Source: Chrysomallon squamiferum
Lineage: Eukaryota; Animalia; Mollusca
Reading direction: 5' to 3'
DNA length: 64,000 nt
Assembly: GCA_012295275.1 (NCBI GenBank)
Contig: CM022670.1
Location: forward strand, 5,704,001 to 5,768,000
Position 1 is the first letter of the stretch; each line of letters starts with the position of its first letter. This document shows positions 51,489 to 64,000 of this stretch, piece by piece. Made by a program: the position numbers and the translations under genes. The notes beneath the pieces are model-generated. The model did not search any database, was not told the origin of the DNA, and saw only the letters and a list, made by a program, of their open reading frames with translations.

Positions 51489-52345
51489 CTACAGAAAGAA
51501 AACTTTTAAATAAGATTAAATGTAATTTCGTTAACACGTGATGTATGGCATGTAGAAACGTGTTAAAACACATCATGAGAATGTGATAATAGGACAAAAT
51601 GTCATTGGTCAAAATGACATAAATAAAACACATTTGTTTTTACATATTAACAAACACTGATCACGTCACTTCCTTGTAACGATGGTTACAGATTCCACTG
51701 CAGCAGATATATTATCACTTAAGTACATTGTCGCATTTTGATATTCGAGACATTTTGAAGTTTCAAAAGTGCAGATTTACAACATCAAAGTAAAACCATC
51801 GACAGATAAACTGTTACGTTATCTTCTGTACAATAATATCTGTTGACATTACTACTATTGTTTTTAGTCCTGTTTACACAAGACCGAAAATAACCAAGTC
51901 AGAGTTACAGATATTGACAATACTTTGTAAATGCTCTTAAGATTTTCATAATTAATTAGATTTGTATGGGTTAATGTAGTAAATTCCTTTGTTAGAGCCA
52001 AAGCTAACTTTTTTACGTATCAAGTTTCATTTGCATTCAGGATGAATGGAAATAATAATCTTAGCAAATATTTTAATAAAAATTTAAGAATATTTAACAG
52101 TCTAGTTTCCTTGTTGTTCTTTTAACGTCACTTTTTTTATACGAGCGGGAAATAATCTGAATATTTGATATACACAGTTTTCTAAGTCACAAGAAATAAC
52201 TACAAATAAATAAATAAACAAATAAATAAATAAATAATATAAAGTTTTAATTTCACTTGTAACGAAATGCATTAATTTCACAAAACAAAAATAAGCTTAG
52301 CTTTGTAAATTTTTAGGTTTTTTTTTGTATTAAACTTTTCTTTTC

Positions 52346-52386
<41 letters not shown>

Positions 52387-52563
52387 TTTTTAAACATTAC
52401 GTTGGTAATAAAATTTTACATTACTACGTACATCAAAGAAAATGTGTGTTTGTATACATTTATTAACCTGAATCTAGTAACAAGAAGAACATATATAAAA
52501 CAAAATGTTTCATAATCTGAGGACGATCTTCAGAAGATTTTAGAAAAGTAAATTCACCGAACA

Positions 52564-58005
<5,442 letters not shown>

Positions 58006-61000
58006 AGCCTTGTTGTGAAATTTCTCTGATGATATTGAACAAATGCGTCATATATTTGCGTCAATTAATTGATAAAAAAAAATAATAATAAGTAAAAAAA
58101 AGTATTTTTCAAAATGCGTTTACAACATATTCTCTTTTTCTTTAAAGAATACATTATTTCTTCGAATTTCTCTCCAGTAGTCATTTCACCAATATAAAGC
58201 AAATCAAATATTTATTATTAAATGTATGATTTCTGTTTTAAATGAAAACTGGTTTCAGTAATACTTGCAAAATCCTGACTTACACAACAACGTAGCTTAT
58301 GCACTACATAACATGTAAAATTCAACAAATTAAGAAGCGAAACATCTTCGGCAAACCGAAACAGAATATCAAAAAGCAATTTCGTTGACAGTTTAGTGAT
58401 CAGGATTCGGTGTTTGTTATCTTCTGCTTTAATGAACAGTGCTACAACACCCAGAGATAGAGATTATATGTTTTAGAGATCAGCTACATATAAATGAATA
58501 AATAAATAAATATATATATACACACACATAGTTTTTTGCGGGTGTCTTTTTTCTTTTTGTTTTGTCTTTATCTTTCACAAGAAAGGTCATCTAACTAAAG
58601 ACTCATTCCGACATTACTCTGAAGTCTCGTACATTAAAGATGTACTGTTGAAAATGAGTATCATGTATGATGACTTTGTATTTGATAAGAAATACAATAT
58701 TATGATCAAGTCATATTCTTCGAGCTTTGTGATCCAAGGAGGAAGTTGAAAACAAGACAAAAAATATTACTTGAAGGAATAAGAAGAGAAAATATAATAA
58801 TTTTTCAACTCTTAATACTACATGTGGCAGATTGATGACATATGGGTCGAAAAAATCCACTCCGAGTTTACAGTACAATAGAAATGTTGGCGGAAATTGA
58901 TTTCTACGACAAACAAATTTACCAAATCAGTTTTCTTGCTAAAGGATTTGAGTCAGTGTTTGCCACCGACAGTCGCAAGGTTGATGCAGATGATCGTCTT
59001 TGATGAAATATCTTATTTTTCAAATTACGATGCGGTCACCTTCTGTCCGGCGCATGAAGTCGATAGCTGCAGATTTGCCTCTGATAAATGCGCTGGGACA
59101 GTATTACACTGAAATATCTGAATCACAGTTTCACAAGTCCGGTGGTTCATAATGCAGCAGTGAGAGGAATGTGGCGGTATTGTCGGGGTACGAAAAGTTT
59201 ACAGAATTGTGAAGCGAATTTCAGCACGGTAATTTAGAAAACAAATTCTGATATGTTCTCAGAAAAAGGCAATTTATTGTTCTAAAATTATATAATTCGA
59301 ACTACCAAATCCAAAACAGAATCAATAATTCTGATTCTTGCTTACTTGTGGAGATAAGACGTTTTGAATACTGACGGCACTGCTACAGCACCAGCAAACG
59401 TAATATAGTCATTTTCAGCCACTCATAACAAATATTACCTTGATTAATTAACAAATACAGTGACCATTTGTTGAGATCTGTTTTACTGTTATCACAAGAA
59501 GTGCCTCATAAATTTTCAAGGTTCATATACAATATTTAAATAAAATAAAATAAAATAAAATAAAATAAAATAACAAAAATGAGAAATTTTTTATTTAAAA
59601 TAACTTCATGCCAAAAAAACAAAAACAAAAAAATACAATTTTGACACTCATTCTCAAACATTTCTGGTGATCAGTATTTAAAAGCCTGCAAGTATTCCAC
59701 GTAGAGAACACCTGTATTTTTTGTAATTTTTTTTTTCGGGGGGGGGGGGCAATGATCATTGTATTCTATTTGATAACTCTACAAACATTAGGAAAAGTCT
59801 AAAATAAATCGTGTGGTTATAAACGGAAAATCACCATAAAGTAAAACACATAAACGGCCAAAACTTATAAAGTAATGTGTATTTGCTTCAAATTTTGAGT
59901 GAATAAAGACAGTAAATTGTTCTATCGTTAACTACAATTTCAGATATGATCAGTGCAATACTGAGCTGAATTTGTACTCGGCATTTACATGAAAGCCTAC
60001 ACGTGCTGAACTAACATTATAACAATTTCAGATCTAAAAACATCTGATTATCTAACAGTGAATCAGACACAGATAGTACGCACTTGTTAGTTGTGTTTTG
60101 ATATTTTCAGGTAGAATGTGTTGTAAAGAATTAGTCTGAAAGTGCTTACCGCTAGCTGAAAATAAATGAAACGTGAATAGTCAGATGTACTTCTTATTGT
60201 CTGTTTCATTATTAATACCATTCTCTGGCGATAACTAATAATAGTCCAAACAGTTCTTCCTCTATAACTAAGTCTTCAACGTCCTGTCATTGGCAGTTAC
60301 CTTCAGACTCATATTCCGGACACATCTACGTTTTATTTTTGAACTTAATAATACGTCCAAGTATATTATTGACTTCTTTTTTTTTTCTTTTCTTTTTTTT
60401 AAATGACTTGGATCGTTTGATTTAAAACAAAATTATGTGCTTCAGTAATTAACACTGAAACTAGGGCAAAAACTAGGAGCTGCAGCTTGATGTTTAGTTA
60501 TCGATCCGCTATCTACTCCTTGGCGTCTTCGACTGATCGAGATCGCCGGAAACCTCCCTGAAGTTCAAAATCTAAACCGCAAAATATATTTTAAAATTTT
60601 AAGCATATATTTATTCTTAAACAAAATGAAACATAAGTCTATAAGACTATCATTGTTGATATCTCAGTCCTTCTTAGCAATAAAAAATGAATAAAACGTC
60701 TTGTTTTAATCTTCTTTTTTTAAGTGGAATATATACAAAACAACTAGATAAAAATTACATGAAATGATGGATAAGTTTATAAGAAAAATTAATTAAATGA
60801 TTGTAATAACTGACTTACCGAGACGGTGCCGAATTCGATAAACAAATGAGATCGATTTGGCTAATGGTGTACAGTGCTCTCGTCGCCATTTTGAACACAA
60901 AAATCGTCAATCTGTCAGTGGTTGCAGTCGTTACATTGGCAAATGCCGCTTCCCCAGTGAACGTTATGCACAGTTTATAATACCAATCAAAAGGAAACTG

Positions 61001-61386
61001 AACAAGCTTTCGAATGATACCAGAAATGTTCGCGTAATTTCACTGAACTATATCATAATTTAAGTCTGAAGCCGATTTGTCAATTTGTTGGGTGTTTTTT
61101 TTTTGGGGGGGGGGTAAACTTTTTCTTTTATTTCCATGATATCACATATAATCAGAAAGCTCATTTTATTAACTTTCCAATGGTGCTAAAACCAGACATA
61201 TAGCATTTCCAAAGCCGCACGGTCGTAGAAGCTGGCGTATGGTTTTCGCTTCCCAGCTCGAAAAACGCAAGCGTTCCCTGTACAGTGACTGGCTGAACTG
61301 GAACGGTCTGCACCTACTTAGTTTAAACTACAGTATTTTTAATTTTGAAATGTTTGTGTACACGTTTATGCATGTGACTGTGTGTC

Positions 61387-61437
<51 letters not shown>

Positions 61438-61454
61438 AGAGAGAGAGAGAGAGT

Positions 61455-61596
61455 TAGCGATGCCACATAGGCAAACAAGGCAGCCGCCTAGGGCACTGAT
61501 TTCGTGGGGGCGAATTTCTCCATTTGTTTTTTTAAATTTATTGTTTATGAATTTTGAAATTGACATTTTCCTGAGGGCGCCAGACAGTCTGGCGCC

Positions 61597-61602
<6 letters not shown>
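61455..61602. mobile_element. Short GC-rich MITE-like fragment between microsatellites
   Basis: GC-rich ends (CATAGGCAAACAAGGCAGCCGCCTAGGGC ... GGCGCCAGACAGTCTGGCGCCGGCTCT, containing a perfect 10-bp hairpin) around an AT-rich core; no clear target-site duplication. Confidence 0.35.
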
Positions 61603-61683
<81 letters not shown>

Positions 61684-62456
61684 AATATATATTTATTTAT
61701 TTATTTTTAGATTCTTAGGAATAATAATAATAATAATAATAATTTTATATTATTAAATAAATAATGAATTAATAATATTGATTAAATGATTTTAAAAAAG
61801 CATTGATTTTAATACATTAAATATTTTATTTGATATGGCGAGTATTCATATTGTTTTAAATTAATTTTTTCTCTAGAAGAAAATTCGAAAATCAAAACGT
61901 TGAAATACACCATAGTCACGTACCAAAGATAAAACTGATAGACATTATGTGATAAATACTGCATCAATCACAAATTAATCTCTCTTGGCTAAATTTATTA
62001 GATATTATGATTATTCAAAATAACTATAAGTTAGTATTTTCTTTTCTTTTCTTTTTTTTTCGTTTTTCTTTCTTTCTTTCTTTATTCACTAATATACAGC
62101 ATTTTTATTAACTAACTTACATATTTATTTATTTACAAATTTATCTACGTTATTGATTTATTTACTAACATAAAATACATATAAAATTATATTTATTTGG
62201 ATTTTTTTCATTTACTTATTTGTTTTTGGTATTCATTCATTCATTAACTGATATTAAATACTATATATTTATTTGTTTTGTTTGTTTTCTGGATACCTCC
62301 AGCCAGCCAGCAGCTGAAGCACGGAATATTTGTCCTAATGACTGATAATTAGAAGCGAAAGATATTACTGGTGCTCTGGCTGCAGGCGAAAATAGCACAC
62401 AATTTTAGATTATTGTTGAAGGGACACAACTCTGTTTTGTTTTGTTTTTATTGGAG

Positions 62457-62468
62457 TTTGCCGCGAAA
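62457..62468. promoter_or_regulatory. Overlapping inverted E2F sites upstream of RFC3
   Basis: TTTGCCGCGAAA (TTTSSCGC on +, TTTCGCGG on -) about 45 bp before the ATG of a replication gene; resembles the DHFR-type TTTCGCGCCAAA element. Confidence 0.7.
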
Positions 62469-62511
62469 TTTTATTTCGGTACTTTGTTTTTCAGTAGTGT
62501 CATTAGCAATA

Positions 62512-64000
62512 ATGAGTCTTTGGGTCGATAAGTATCGTCCAACTTCTCTTAACAAACTTGATTACCACAAGGATCAAGCAAGTCTTTTAAAGAAACTGGT
62601 AAATATAATGCATATATACGAAAAATTTATAGAATTGGGTTTGTTTTTCTAATTCTTGTTAATCAACTTAAAAGTTAATGTTTCCAAACACCTGAAAAAC
62701 TTGTAAACGTACATGAATGTAATGATCTTATTCGATATTTTCATGTTTTGTTGTTGTTACAATAATAACATTTCTGTTTGTGAGTAATTTCTTTTCTAAT
62801 TTTATTAAGAATCAATAAATTTACATTATGATTATCATGATTATGGTTACAATTAACAGAATTATGAATTATACTTGACGTTCAGATTAACTAATATGTA
62901 CTAAATTAACAAATATATTTTTACAGGTGGCAGGAGGTGATTTTCCTCATCTTCTCGTGTACGGCCCGTCCGGTTCGGGTAAAAAGACTCGTATTATGTG
63001 TTTGCTGCGAGAGCTTTACGGATCTGGCGTTGAGAAGCTGCGCATTGAACAAAGCCATTTTACCACTCCTTCCAATAAGAAACTGGAAATCTCAACAATC
63101 TCATCTAACTATCACATAGAAGTGAATCCAAGGTTAAAGGGTTTTTAATTATTATTATTATTATTATTTGTTTTGTTTCTTAATTATCTAAATATGTTAA
63201 AAATAATGTTTAATTATCCAAATTTAAACTGTTATAATTGTACCGTGTATTAATAGTTAGAGGTTTACATAAGAACTTTCATTATTTAATATTATTTAAT
63301 ATTTTCAGTGATGTTGGTAACAATGACAGAGTAGTAATACAGGAACTAATTAAAAATATCGCACAGGTGAACCAGCTTGATTCATCAACACAAAGAGATT
63401 TTAAAGGTAAAGTAAAAATATTTTGTAACCTCAGGTTAATATTATTTTTCTGTATGTCATAACATTTAGTAAATTTTTATTAATGGCATCTTCTGTTCAG
63501 TTGTGGTGCTCACTGAAGTGGACCGACTCACTAAAGATGCCCAGCATGCTCTGCGTCGTACTATGGAGAAGTACATGTCAACATGTCGCATTATTCTCTG
63601 CTGTAATTCCACCAGCAAGGTCATCCCAGCTATCAAGAGTCGCTGTCTAGGAATCAGAGTTGCAGCCCCTTCCACTGAAGAGGTAACTGTTAAATTATTT
63701 TACTTGTTTAAACTGTTATCTTAAATTGAATTGGTACAGCTGATAAATAAACTTTTGTTGTATATTACCACACAATATTTTCTCTATTATTAGATTTCAA
63801 ATATTTGCCTGCTACTAATACTCATACAGTATAGTCACTGGGTAGAATGAAAAAGAAATCTTTATGTATGCTGATAATATTTGATCCTGTTACTGTCTAA
63901 ACCTGATGTCAACACTCTACTACTGTACATATTGTTTTTCACAGATCTGTCAGATTTTACAAAATGTCTGTAAGAAGGAAGGGTTGAATTTACCACAAGA
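62512..64000 (+). CDS. RFC3: Replication factor C subunit 3 (clamp loader), 5' part, runs off the window end
   Basis: Exons 62512-62598 ([10 protein letters not shown]), 62927-63132 ([27 protein letters not shown]...[10 protein letters not shown]), 63309-63406 ([15 protein letters not shown]), 63501-63682 ([24 protein letters not shown]...SRC), 63945 to end ([14 protein letters not shown]). Confidence 0.97.

Noticed and set aside
58400-60250. C/D box snoRNAs in the candidate lncRNA region
   Set aside because: I found no properly spaced RTGATGA...CTGA pair with terminal stems by eye; a covariance-model search is needed.

Overview
AT-rich, intron-containing animal DNA (protein content suggests a lophotrochozoan, probably a mollusc; this is inference). 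From left to right: (1) a complete + strand TRPC/TRP-gamma-like channel gene (335-20078, 11 coding exons, two possible C-termini); (2) a 200-N assembly gap followed by about 8 copies of a GC/CpG-rich ~374-bp satellite that ends inside a DEG/ENaC exon; (3) a cluster of six ASIC-like DEG/ENaC paralogs (26.7-58.0 kb): three intact 11-exon genes, one full-length pseudogene and two fragments. The copies that retain the relevant exons carry a very large hypervariable extracellular insertion, SG in place of the HG gating motif and a GGS filter; (4) a Sola2-like DNA transposon remnant in one intron; (5) a candidate spliced minus-strand transcript at 58.9-60.9 kb; (6) the 5' part of RFC3 with an E2F site. 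The most striking unexplained pattern is that many intronic minisatellites are tandem amplifications of the exon-intron junctions themselves, forming arrays of duplicate 5' or 3' splice sites next to real exons in both gene families. Exon coordinates were derived by hand from GT/AG sites and frame continuity.
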